A DNA stretch of 64,000 nucleotides from Phaeosaccion multiseriatum. Its lineage: Eukaryota; Protista; Ochrophyta, other classes. A program made the translations under genes and the position numbers. Shown in pieces: positions 26,916 to 39,785 of the stretch. Numbering within the stretch: position 1 is the first letter of the stretch; each line of letters begins with the position of its first letter. The stretch lies in the NCBI GenBank assembly GCA_965112735.1, contig OZ218963.1:2418001-2482000 (forward strand), read 5' to 3'. The notes under the pieces are model-generated. The model searched no databases. It saw nothing but the letters and a program-made list of their open reading frames with translations, and had not been told where the DNA came from.

Positions 26916-29900
26916 TCACGTAAAGGCGCTCTCATGCCGCCTGTGGACTCCACGCGTAGGTGGGGAGCCCGCCACAATCGCACTGCCCCCTTTGGACCTA
27001 ACGTGCCCCCTTCCTCTCGACGGAGGTGGGGGGGGTGGCCGGGGAGCGTCCATCGCGTCGGGCCGGTGCATGAAACTGTGTCTCTTCAAGTCCGCTACTT
27101 GCCCGGCCCCTCGCCACCCGCTGCTGCTGTTGTTGTTGCTGCTGCCATGTGCAGACACTGGCCTACTACCCCCATCGCAAGAAGGCGGACTCGAGGGCGA
27201 AGCAATTGAAGCTGGAACTGACCCGCTGCTGATGGAGCGGAATCTCTTCTGAATGCTCTTCAGTTTTGGAGAGACGCTGTGGCCAACCTTGGTGACCAGT
27301 TTGCCGTACTGGGATGACCGTCGCCTGCCCCTGTCCCTGCCCCTGCTGTTGCTACTGCTGCTGCCCCCGCTGAACGGAACATTGTCATGGTGACTAAAGG
27401 GTATAGCGAGCAACACCTCCCTGTCACTCGCATTCAGCCCATCCGCCCTACCCCCACTAGCCCCCCTGGAAGACGGCCGTGCACCACCCCGTGCGTGCAG
27501 CGATTCCGAAGCAGCATCGCTCCGAATACACAGAGGGTTGGAGAGGGTCTCCGGGGGGGGGGGCATGTGCCCCCTGGGATCCCTTCCTCTCCCTCTTCCT
27601 TCGCCACTGTCCACGGGGTCCTCTCCTGGCGGTTGTGGTTCCGGTCCCAGAGCGTCAATGCAGTCCTCCGAGAAGGTGCGCCCATCCAGCCCAATGCTGT
27701 GCAACGCGTCAAAGTACGCCTTGTTTCCCCCCAAGCTGCTCAAGATTTCAATGACTCGGTTTCCGTAGTGCTGGTGCGACACAAGCACCTTGAGCAAGTG
27801 GCGAGCCATGCGACTGACTCGACGGACTCCTCCTCCTCTCGTCCCTCGGGCCATGTCCCCGGCAGCCCCTCCACCGCTGCCAAAGCTGCCCACAGCTGAG
27901 CCTTGGTAGGGAGCCTCCGCTGCCACCCCTCCATGCCCCCCCCTCTCCTCCAACGGCATCATCGTTCCCCTTTCCCCTCCTTCATAGCCGTACCGATCCA
28001 GCTGCCGATAGTCTCCGTTGCCGCCGACGTTCTCGTCACCGTATCGCTTCTCGTGGTCAAACACAAGCTTCAACACCGCATCCTTCACAATGAACTTGGT
28101 CACGAGGTTAACGCCCGTGTAGTCAGAGTCCACGGACACCGCTGCTCGCAGTAAGATGAGAAGGCATGCTTGCGCCTCGTCACAAACGCTCCCTTCGCCC
28201 GCCCCAGCCAGTGCGCCTGCATGCTTCGCGCTCGAGATCTGGGCGGCCATGTACCGGATGTGCGAGCGCGCCTGGGGGTTTGTATCCTGAATGAGCTTGA
28301 GGGCCAGTTTCGAGGCCCACAGCAGTAAGCTACCGCTACTCCTCTTTCTCGCCGCTATCCCCCCTCCTCCTCCGTCTGAGTAAGACGAAGTGCTGCCTAT
28401 ATGCTCGTACATGGCCCCAAACAGAGGCGACCACACACCCTGCAGCACTGCAGAGGTAGCGTCATCCATGGCTCCTCCGTGCGTCAAGAGACACACTATG
28501 CTGAACATGGCCTGAAGCAGCTCAGGCATCAGCTCCGTGGCCACCGTACTCGCATTCATTTCCTCACAAGCTTGGCGCAGAAAGGTCATCATCTCGCTGC
28601 GGAAGAGGGGGAAGTCCGGTCGCTTGTTGTACACGCGGTAGTAGAAGCCCGCAATGTGAGGCTGATCAGCATTGCGTTTCGGCACCACAACACCCACCGA
28701 GGGCAGCCACTGGAGGCTCCACTTGCAGCAAAATTGCCTCTCCCTCCCGTGCGCAGTCCCATCCTGAACCCACTTATGCCACTCCACTGCCATGACATCT
28801 TGCCCCACAAAGTCCCGGCATTCCGGATCCCAAAGAAGGACAGGGTTCGTCGTAGAAGAGTCCAGCAGCCTGAGCACATTGCCGGGCTCCCTTTCCAGTC
28901 TCTTCACGATCCTAGAGGGGAAAACTGTCGTCAGCGCCTCCCGAGCCATGGGCATGTGGTGCAATAGCTCATACAGCACAAAGGCACACGTTCGTCGGTT
29001 CGCATCACTCAGCTCCGGGCAGCACAGACGAGACACGAGCAGAGGGAACATCCCGGAGGAGAGCATGTGCTCCCTCGCAGCGGGACTGTCCTCCGCTAGG
29101 TGCTGCAGCAGGTACAGGGCAGCATCCGCCACTTTAGCCTCGTACGCGTTTTTTGAAAAGAGCAATTTACCACAGAGGTGGTGCAGCGGTTGTACCACTC
29201 CAGAGTCCACCATAATGGCGACCCGTTGTGAGTATGTCAGTGACAACGAAGAAGAAGACGAAGAAGGCACCTCTGCCAGAAAGATGTGGACCAGCTGCAC
29301 AAAAGCCCCGTACAGCTCCGAGGCAGCTGCACCCACATGAGGCGTGACAGGCGGCAGCGCGTTCCAGAGGGCGCTCAAGTCCTGTCCGTGGCGCCTCAGC
29401 AGCACGCTCACCTGGCCTTCACCGTTGTTGGCCAAGCCTGCCACTGCCTGGAAAAGCATCGTGATGTCTTGGAAGTACTTGAGCCAATCACCCTCCTGCT
29501 CCTCCTGCGACCCATTCTCGGGCGCTGCCGCTGCCTCTGGGAACGAGGAGGAGGAAGGTGGTGCTCTGCCACCGCAGCCCCACCACCACACTCGCTCGCA
29601 GCGACTGCGCAGCTCAGCGAATAGTGTCCACAGTAGCCCCGAGGGCAGGGGAAGCATGGCGCAGCTACTACCAGACCCATACTGGTGGAACCCTCGCTCT
29701 CTACTCCGGGAGCGCGGAGTTTCCCCATTCTCGGCGGCGGCTTGCGCGACAAGCACACGCACATAGACCCCGCCGACCATGAGCTCTTCGCCCAAAGACT
29801 TGTACCGAAAGTCGGCGTAAGGGTAGTCATGCTTCAGTGTGTCCACTCCATTCTCCCTCCACAGGCTGCGAAGCTCCTGCAGGAGGTCAAGCAGGTCTGT

Positions 29901-32900
29901 GCGCATCTCAGCGTTCCAAATGACTTGAGGCGTCTCGACCGCATGTTGCTATGCCGCAGGAAGGACAAAAGATTGGATGAAAAGAGCAGGGAAGAAACCC
30001 AAACGAGAGCAACAAGGATGGGACAGGACAAGAGACGGGGACAGACAAGGCACAGCGAGCGAGGGAGTGTGTTCACAGAGTCAGAGCGCAAGTGGTGTGA
30101 AAAAGAAACATGCTCCTTTCCATGTCGCAAAACTCCTCCGGACGGATGTAGTCACGTAACGACTTTCACGAGATTTGGGGCGGGGCGGGGCGGGGTGGGA
30201 GGGGAGGGTCGTGAGGAGAGCTTCCCTGAGGATCCCGCCCAAACGCTGCAGCAACGACAGCAACATACCAGCCGCCCACACCTCTGTCTCGTCTACATGC
30301 AGCACACCACGGCCCTTCATACCCCACCTACCTGCAGTACGTCGTAGAAGTCGTCTGCACTCTGCTGCAGCAGCGCAAGAATGCCGGGTGTGAGGAGACC
30401 TCTGAGAGCAGCGTCCATGGGCTCGTGGTCACACGTCGCGAGGTGATGTAGGGCTCGAGCGGCTCCTCGCCCCATGTCTGTGTCTGTATTCCCATCTGCA
30501 GACAAAACGAAGTCGATGTGCCGCACAAACACACGGCTGCGAAAGAGAACGTCGATGTGCTTCCTCCCAGAGAAGCCATCCATCGCTAGGGAGATTCCGT
30601 GGGTGGCCGCCTGGGCAAGCTCCGCCTCATGCCCGAACGTTAGCAGAATCTATGGGGGCATTCAATCCAGGACGTGTTTGAGGAGAGAGGGGGGGGGGGG
30701 CAGATGGTGAAGGAAGAGGGAGAAGGAGAAAGACAGTGAGAGAAAGTCGAGAAACACAGACGGAAAGAGAACGAAGTGCAGCACAAGCAAGCGGAGGTAT
30801 TTGAATGTTTGCTGTGGGGGGGGGGGGTTCCAGGAGGGAAGGGGCAAGATAGAATCAGTCCAATGAGAGACAAGATGAGATCGTTGTTCAATCAATCTCG
30901 ACTTGCCCGGTCCACGCAAACATGCACGCACGCACACTCACACTTACCTGTACAATGGTAGTAATGTAATCTCCAAGTCCCCGTACGGTGACGTCATCGC
31001 CACCGGTGCCTCTTTCCCACCCCCCTCTTCGACCCTGTCCCCCCCCGATACTGCTCCTTCCCTCATTACTGTACTTCGGGAGGGCGGTGCCGCCTTTCAC
31101 AGATGGCGCTTTGGTGTGGTACTGGTCCGCCAAGCAGAGCAGCACGTGATTGGCACCGATGAGGACGTGCAAGAGGCAAGCGGTGTCTTCTCCAGACTTG
31201 AGCAGCATGAGCAGCTCGTTCACAGCGCTTAGATTCACAGCCACCCTGGTTGCACCGTCGCGAATGTAGGTGTGCTCGATCATCGACTCACTGATTGAGG
31301 ACTTCCTCCTTCCCCGTCCACTGCCATCCCCTCCTCCTCTTCTTCCTCCTCCCCTCCCCCTCCTCACACCCACCCCTGGTTGTTGCTGCCTTTCCAGCTC
31401 CGCCGTCAGTTTACCCGCTTGCCCCAGCGTCACCAGGGCGAGCATAAGAGAGAGAGTGAGGACGTGCATAGGGGTGGATGCATTGCAGCAGCTGGCCTTG
31501 TTTCCATCCCCGTTCTGACCAGAACCGACGCAAAGCGCCGTCCCGATGAGAGGCCGCACCAGCGCCGCGACCGCCCGCATCAGCTCCGGGGCCACTGCTT
31601 TCACTTGCACCCCTTCCACGTGAAGCTTGAGGCAAGTGTACATGGGGTCGAGGAGGAGAGGCAGGTCGTCTTCCCGGGTGAGTGCCCAGCTCACGCATGC
31701 CTCTGGTCTACTTCGGCCCTCTGCGACAAAGTCGGCCAAGGTGAAGGCGCACTCGAGCAGAAACACATCCGGCTTCGCGAAGGGCTCGTTCGGGGCCCCG
31801 AGTTGATTGAGGTAGTAAGGATTGATGAACTTCTGCGGCTCTTCTCCTGCACCACGGCCAAGAGGGGGAGAAGGGTAGCAAGGCGCGCAAAAAAAAAAGG
31901 ATCGAAAAACGCGAGTAGTGAGCATGAAATAAAGAAGCCCCCGCACCGCCACCACCCCTCCACCGGCCCGCCTTCCAACAAGGTACAGGACAGAAAAGTA
32001 CACACCTCGTGTCATGTAAAGCTCTGGCAAGCGACCCGCCATGTCCTCCACATTGTTCGCCTCGCCCAATAACGTATCTTCGGATGTGGCGTCGACCTTC
32101 CGGAGTATGTCAGTGAGCAGACCGAGGCAAGTGCTGTTCCACGAAAGCTCCGCAGTCATGACCCTGGGGCTCACAAACGCCGCGGCAAAGCTCTCGGCTC
32201 CCTCTGTCACCAGCAAGCGAACCATTCCCGCCGGAAGGAAGCGGTAGAGGGGACTGAGGGCCAAAAGCTCCGCCTCTCGCGCCTCGCAAAGAGGGTCCCA
32301 GACACCACTATAACCCGTTACCCCTGCTCCCTCATCCACTCCTCCTCCTCCTCCTTCTCGCTCGGCCATCATTTCCTCCAAACCGTACGGAATGGGGGGG
32401 CTGATGGCCTCCGCCGCCAGCAAGTCGGCGCACAGATCCACGCATCGCCCTTGACACGCGTGCTGCAGACACAGCACCACAACCCGGATGCGGCCAAGCT
32501 CCGTCGTCCAAACGCTATTGTTCCATCCCCTGCACGCCTGCCCCAAGAGATGGAGCGCCGGCTTTAGCAGTGACTCATTGGTCTCGAGCAGCAGATCCAC
32601 GAGGTTCCCCATGGCTGAAATCATGTCCGCCTTCGGGGGAGGCAAGGGGTAGAGCACTTGCTCCGCTGTTGTTTCCGAAGCAGGGATGGGGTGGTGGGAG
32701 AGGAGAGGCTGCGTGAGCAAACGTTTGTGCTCTCTGCAGAGTAGGTGCCAATGGTGTAGGGAAAGGCGATGGATCCGGAAGCGAGAGGGGCTTTTTACAG
32801 AGGAGGGGGGGGGGGGGGGGTGGAGTTCAAGCAGGGGGCAAAGGTATTCGCACAGGTATTCCCCCGCGCCCACCGAGGCATCTCTGACCGAGAGGTGGCC

Positions 32901-35900
32901 ACGCACGCGTACCTACCTGCATCTACAGCGGGGAAAGCGCGGAGACTGAGCACCATACACCGAATGCACTCCTCCACTAGCGAGCGACACTGGGAGACTC
33001 TTTGAATGCCATAGTGCCTCCCCCCTCCCTCCTCTCCTCCTCCTCCTCCTTCTCCCCCCCCCCCCAAGCCCAGGCGCGCTGAGCGCATAGCGCTATAGGC
33101 AACGGAGAGAAGCTCCGTAATGACGGCGACTCCGTTGTGCATAATGAAGGTTCGAATGTTTGCCGAAGGATGGTCCTCCATGGCTTTCCGAACGAAGCCT
33201 GCCGCCGCGTATTGCAGGGACAAACCCACCTCATCATCCTCTCCTCCTCCTCCTCCTCCTGCTGCTGCTGCTGCTGCTGCGCCGAGTATCAGCCCACCCT
33301 GGTCCATCGGCCCCCGTGCCGTTGCCAGACATCTATGTCGCAGCATGTTGACGAGACTCCCCATAAAGGGCAGGGTAAGGGACCACTCCCTGGGGCAGGA
33401 GCCACAGAGGGTACCCATTGTGTCAAAGATGTGCACCATGCTGCGGGGGTCGTCCTCGTCTTGCAACCGGAGGTGGCACAGGTTGAGAAAGCACTCTAAA
33501 CTCTCCCGACTGCTCCCAAAGATGAGAGACACCTCCTCTCGGGGGTCGCTCTTTGAGGTCACGGCGATGGCGAGCTGCTTCACATGGAACTTCCCCACCT
33601 TAGCGTCGACGGAGAGCCAAAAAGCGCGGGTGGGTGTGTGCGTGTGCGGGGGGACGGGCGGAAGACGGGCATAATGGGAGAGAAGGTGAAGGTAATGGTC
33701 AAGCACCGCACTGTCGCTGTGAATGAGCTTCTCCTTTCCTCCTCATGCTTCTCTCTCCCTTACCTTGACTACTCGCTCGTCATAATCGTGCCACGGCACT
33801 TGCCAGGCAACATGGTTCCACACGGCGTCTCTCCTCACTCCTCTCGTCTGCTCACGCTCCAGACCCTGAATCTCCCTGAGCAGCAGCTGGACAAGACGGC
33901 GGTGACAGCTGCTGTCCCAAATAACCTGTTCCGTTCGTTCACAAGATATTGTTTCGTGTTCCGACGAAAGAGGAGAAGGGGGGTACCAGGGGGGGGGGGG
34001 GGGGGGAGCAGGAAGAAGGCAGCAGTGGACAATGAGGAAAGAGGGCAGGTTGTCGCTTTGGCAGGGGGAGAGGGGGGGGTGACAGAAGAAGAAAGGGGAG
34101 AATTAGGCTCGAACAGACATGCGCAGAGACGAATATAAGGGTCGGAGGGAAGCATCTGTTTGCCCTTACTTTCTCTCGCTCTCTCCATCCCTTCTTCTCT
34201 CCCTCCCCCCGTCCCCACCCCAACCTTTCTCTTCACGCTCTACTATTGCCTCATCTTACAATACTTTATACTGTGAAGCTCACTTACCAGAGCATCTTGC
34301 TTCACAGTGGCAAGGCAATGCCAATCCTTGAGCATTCCCTGGATGCTGCATGCCGCCTTACTCACGGAAGGGGACACCACGGCGGATTGAGATGCCACTC
34401 CCTGGGCCATTTGGTGAGAGGTTTCCCAAAGCGCTGCACCCCTCTCGTCAAAGAGCAAGTCCGCAGGGCAAGGCAGGAGCAAACCGGGGGGGAAACAGCG
34501 CACAAAGACGCTCCAATTCTCGATGCTGGCATCGGCGAGACTGCAACACAGTTCCTTGGCGATCCTTGCTACGTCCGGCTGTGATGTAAGAGGGGAAGGA
34601 AGGAAGGGTGTGTGGCGTGTGGTGGCATGAGCTCCAGAACATTTTCAAAGGTCGCAAGAAACACAAATGCCTGGGAGGACTTGGGGGGGGTCAAAAGACT
34701 CCAAGTCATCCAGGCGCACCCACACTATACACTTCCCACCCACCCTTTCGATTGCAATAGCACACCTATAGACCAGGCCCACTCCAGAAGAGGCCTTGTG
34801 AAGTTTTTTCTTCCGTACTTCTCCCCCCCTCCTCCCCCTCACCTCTCGTTCGCTCTCCAAAGCAAGGACGAGTACCCACAGCAGCACCCCTGTCTCCCGA
34901 GCGATTTGCTGCACCCTCGGCCAGCATGTGAAGCGCTGTTTGCTCTGGTGGCACCGCACCAGCAGCTGCATGGAGCTCTTAGCCAGGGAGACGTTGGGAC
35001 TTCGCGTGTTGGCGAGGAGCCTGCGTATACCGTCCTCGGACTCCAAAAGCCCCCACAAAGCGTCCAGGATCACAACCTCTGCCTGCTTGTCTCCCGCGGA
35101 CGCCAGCACTAGCACCACATCCAGCAGGATCGCCTCCATCGCACAGAAGGCGGTGGAAGGGACGGCGCGGTGCAGTGTTGCATGACTGCAGTTCGAAGGA
35201 CCCGGCAAAGTACTGCCTCCACTGCCGCGACGCAAGAGCGGAAGCGGGGTGTGTGGGCTCGAGCCTTTCTGCTGAAGAGGTCGAGACCGCCCCCTTCCCT
35301 GCCCACCACCGCTGGTGTCACAAGTCAGCCCGCCCCCCAATCCTTCGCGCCTCCCTCCTCTGCGAATGTTGCCATTTTCATCCACGCCTCCGCCGTCGTT
35401 TCCACTGTCACTGTCATTGGTCATGATCATAGCCCCGAGCGAGCCTAGACCGACTTCGAAGAAAGAAAAGTTGTCCAGGCTACCCAAGCACTTGGTCGTG
35501 ATGCTGTTTAGTCTAGCCTTGGCGATGGCACCAAACGACCCCAAGATCGCCTTGCGGTTCTCCACGTGAAGCTGCCGATAGAAGGAGGTGAGGCCGTGGC
35601 CGGTGACTCCGGAAAGTACTACACGCCTCCCCCCGAAGTCTCCCTCCTGCCTCGGCACACAGAGCATGGCCTGGAGGGTGAGTGCGGCCGCCTCAGCCAG
35701 GCCCTCTGATGCTGAGTCCAGGCACTGAAAGACCCCATCAATTGCAAGGCTGTGCTCCGCTTTGGACACCTCCTCATACCCAGTTCGGCTCCAGAGCAGT
35801 CGAGTGACCGCAAGAAGGGCGGAGACTTTGTCGGATATGGTGAGATGAGCGAGGGCTGCGGGGGCGAGCAACCCCAGCACGGAAACCACCGCGGCGCGAT

Positions 35901-38900
35901 TCCTGTGCTTGAAGCCAGTAAGCGGGAGGGAGCCGGCCAGCTCTGCCACCAACTGAACGACTTTTGCCTGCATGGGGAGAAAGGAAAGCAAACACACACG
36001 GTTGGCACGGGGCCTGTATCTCAAGTTCCAGCACCACCGACACACACAAAACGCCAAAAGGCGAAGGAGAGAGAGTAACGGCATCACTTGTCCCGGGTTC
36101 GGTTTCCGGGTGGGTTTCCTGGTCACCGTGTATTGGGTAGAGTCGCGCTACAATCCATCTGGGCCAAAAAATTGGAGTTTCTGCTCACCTGTTTCGTGTG
36201 TAGGCCTGTGACATCTCCTCCTGCTGTCAATGCTCCCAGAGCGGTCGCCCTTTCGTGTGATTGTTATGGTAAGAGAAGAGGGATGAAAGAGGAGAGGGAG
36301 AGGTAAGAGGGCGAGGCCAGATGGAGGAGAAGAAAAACCGCGGTGCAACGGATGAGAAATTCCCCCATTCTGTTCTACCGTCTCCATGCTGACGTAAGGT
36401 GTTAGAAAGCCCACACAATCGAAGAGAAGGTGGACCAAAAGAGGAAAGAAGCTCTCCCCCCCCACCCTTCCCCGCCGAACAGATACGAATGCCACAACCG
36501 CCCTGAACCTACCTCCGGAGAAGTATGGTGGCGTATCTGGGGTGCAGGGGAGTGCCCAATCCCCCCACCCTCTCCCCTCCCCTCAGTCGCGTGAAAGACC
36601 ACGAGCAAGGGTGGTCCGAGAGCCGGGCCATTTCCAACAGGTTGCTCACGAAAATGGCTCGGGCATCGTCGGCAGACAAGCGCAAGTCGTTAAACCCACA
36701 GGAGGCGCCCCCTCCTTGCTCCTGCTGCCCCTGGCGATAGACGCCCTCTTGGTCATGCCCCAAGTGAATGGGTGCGAATTGCAACAGGGCCTGCCGCCCA
36801 GGGATGGCGAAGCACGGGCAGAAGCGATACATGGTAGAGAGGCCCCAGGATTGCTGGAGCTCCACGGTGCAGGCTGAGTAGTGGAAGGACGAAGGACCTC
36901 CACTTCCACCACCTCCTCCCCCCCCACCTCCTTGTTGTACTTCTTGCTCTGCTTCTTGTTCTTGCTCTCCTTCTCCTCCTCCTCCTCCTCCCAGGACGAC
37001 GCTGTGAATGCTGCTCAAGGGCATCTCTCGTAGCAAGACTTTCCGCCCTTCTACTTGGTCAATGCCAATATAGTCGCAGCAGCAGCAGTAACAACAGCAG
37101 CATCAGCAGCAACAGCAGCCACGAACGGGTGGAACAAGTTCGTGGGTGCATGAGGAACAGAGAGCAAGCAAAAGGGGGGAGGGTAGGCTCACGATGTAGT
37201 GTTGGGGGGTGTGCTGCCCCTTTCAAACTCCAGCCCTTCCTCGCTGCTGTCTGCTGCCATTCATTGCGAAAAGAAACTCACCTGCATCGACTCCGAGTTC
37301 AAAGACTCCCGCCCTAGACAGCAGCAAGATCCTCTCCTTCTTCTTGTGGCGGTACTTTTTGCTGCTCTTGGTTACGGGCACTTCGATCATACCGTCAACG
37401 GGCGGCCTCCTCAAGTAGCTCTCCGAAGACAGCAGCGTGTCTACGGTGACACTGCCCCCCAGCTTCTGTATCCCGTCCCTCAGTCTATTGACCAGGCTGG
37501 CTCGACTTCGGCAAAGGTATCGAACCCGCGGCCCTGACCGCGACACGAGCTCGATCGTCGCGGCGTCGTCGGAGAAGAGCCAAATCTTGTCAATGCTCAG
37601 CAGGGGGAAAGAGGACGCTATCCGCATCTCTATCTTCCCTCCGGTGAGTCCCAACATCCCTCCTCCTGCTCCCCCCCCCCCTCCCCCACCACTACTACTG
37701 CTGCTACTACTGCTGCCTCCACTTCCTCCACTTGGGGTGGAGGAGGCCAGGGGGGCGGGTTCAATTCGGTCTAGCGAGGCTGTGCTGATGCGGATCGTTT
37801 GCTGCACATCGTGGGAGCCAAACTTTGACTTTTTGATGACTTCGAAGGTCGGGAGATCTCGAATTGCCGGCAGAGGAGCTGGCAGCTCTACTGGTGTAAA
37901 GAGGAGGTGTCGAATGACTCGCCCAGCTGCCCCGACCCCGCCGCCTCTCGCAGCCAACACTCCCCCGCCAATGGTTCCGCTGGTCCCGCTCCTGCCACTG
38001 CTGCTGCTGCTCACGCTTTCCCTCTTTAGCCTGAAGCGCTGTTGCAGGGCGTAAAAAGCCGTGAGGAGGGCATCCCGGTTCCTGCATTTGTAATTGTGTC
38101 GAAGCGTATAGCTCAACCCATCCCAGTGGGCTTTGATGACAAAGCCTTTCCCCAGAAGAGGGCCCTCTTCATTGACCTCTACAGCTACAGTGTGCAGAGG
38201 CCAGCTCATGACTTCCTCTCTACTCTTAGGGTCGAGTATCCACAGCTTTTCCTTCGTCATCCCCACCAACCTCCGCTTGTTCCTCACCCAGCCTCCTATC
38301 CGTAGCTGGGTGGCAAAAAACATTGCTACGCAGCCCCGCTCAAGGCCAGGAGGGGGTGTGCTCAGCGTGGCTTCCAGGTCACAAGCATCGTCCCCAACAG
38401 AGTCGCCCCCCCCCTGCTTATCTCGCCACTCCTCCTCCTCCTCCTCGTCGGAGCCGGGAAGAGATCCTCTGTCGCTGCTTGGGGACGCGATGGCATCTGC
38501 AACACCGCCACTGCTGCCACCACCAGCACCAGGACCTTCATCGTCGTCGCTGCAGATCGCATAATCTCGAAAGTGGGCATTATTCAATCGCAGGATCGAA
38601 TCAGTGCTGTCCTCGTCGCTATCCTCGAAGTCATACCGGTTGTTCCTCTGCTCCTCCTCATCGTCTTCGTCCTCTGCCATATCCCGGGAGAGCCTCTGCT
38701 CATTCGAGAAAGCTCCGGTAGTAGCCACTCCAGCGGCAGCAGTGGTAGCAGTGGTAGCAGAGGTGCCGGCCATCGCAGCCTCGTACGACGGAGGTAGGTC
38801 CGCTGCGGGTGCTGCTGGTGCTGCTCCCGCTACTGCTGGACGGCCCCGTCGATGATGATGCCGAACTTCTGCGCCTGCTGCCGTTGCTTCTCTCTTGTCG

Positions 38901-38911
38901 ATCAGATACAT
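26916..38911 (-). CDS. RME-8/DNAJC13 (GRV2)-like large endosomal trafficking protein, multi-exon
   Basis: N-terminal KRRLVGMTKEKLWILDPKSREEVMSWP resembles the RME-8 PH-like start. IWN-like motifs TAELSWN and TNPVLLWD; also FLPAGMVRLL and YKSLGEELMVGGVYVRV. Long minus-strand ORFs separated by introns. Confidence 0.7.
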
Positions 38912-39055
38912 TATTCCTACTGTCGTCCGGGACGTAGTTCCATCAATGGATTCATTACAATAGGGGCAGTTGGTCTTTTCGAGGCCGGCGTTACTTTTAG
39001 CACAGATGGCACCAGAAGGTTTTTGTCATTTGATCGAACGGGGCTTCAATAAGGG

Positions 39056-39358
39056 TCGACCCCTGACACACTATCCGCTATCCGCTATCGCCGGCGCCAG
39101 CCGGCGCGCTATCCGCTATCGCCGGCGCAGCCGGCACGCTATCCGCTATCGCCGGCGCCAGCCGGCGCGCTATCCGCTATCGGCAGCGTCAGCCGGCTTT
39201 GGGGGGGGGGGGGGGGGGGGTTGTTGGGGCGTGCTATCCGCCAGCCGGCGCGCTATCCGCTATCGGCCGGCGCCAGCCGGCACGCTATCCGCTATCGGCC
39301 CCCGGGGGGGGCGATAGCGCGCTATCGAGAATGTGGGCGATAGTGTGTCAGGGGTCGA
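39056..39358. mobile_element. MITE family A, copy 1 (TCGACCCCTGACACACTATC TIR, 6-bp TSD)
   Basis: 20-bp perfect TIR; TAAGGG on both sides; internal CTATCCGCTATC / CCGGCGCCAGCCGG repeats and a poly-G run. Confidence 0.9.
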
Positions 39359-39404
39359 TAAGGGAGGTACAGGGAGAGGCAATGCATTAGCTAGGTTTAA
39401 ATGC

Positions 39405-39751
39405 TCATGTCTTCGCTGCCGAATGCAGCGAAGATCCAGGGAATGTCTCTCCCATTAGACAAGGTGCTGCCTCACAGTCCGCTACCTCCCGCCATGTTCG
39501 CTTCCACAGCTCCGAGCCACAGTCTTCGTCAAACACACCATACCCGGCCATGAGCAGAAGCATGGAGCGCAGTGCCTCCGTCGCAGCCCCGATCATCGGA
39601 TTCTGCCGCTCCTCCTTCGTCCATTCTCGCAGCAATTCCTCCTTCACGTCCTCTTCGTGTATGTCCTCTCGGCTCTTGCATCTCACCTCAGGGGGTAGAC
39701 CCCTCCCCCCACCGCCAGTGCCACTGCCGCCGCCGCCGTTACCCCTGTTGC

Positions 39752-39785
<34 letters not shown>

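Noticed and set aside
39056-39059. TCGA as a 4-bp target duplication of a piggyBac variant
   Set aside because: Different 6-bp direct repeats flank the outside of TCGA in separate copies, so TCGA belongs to the TIR.
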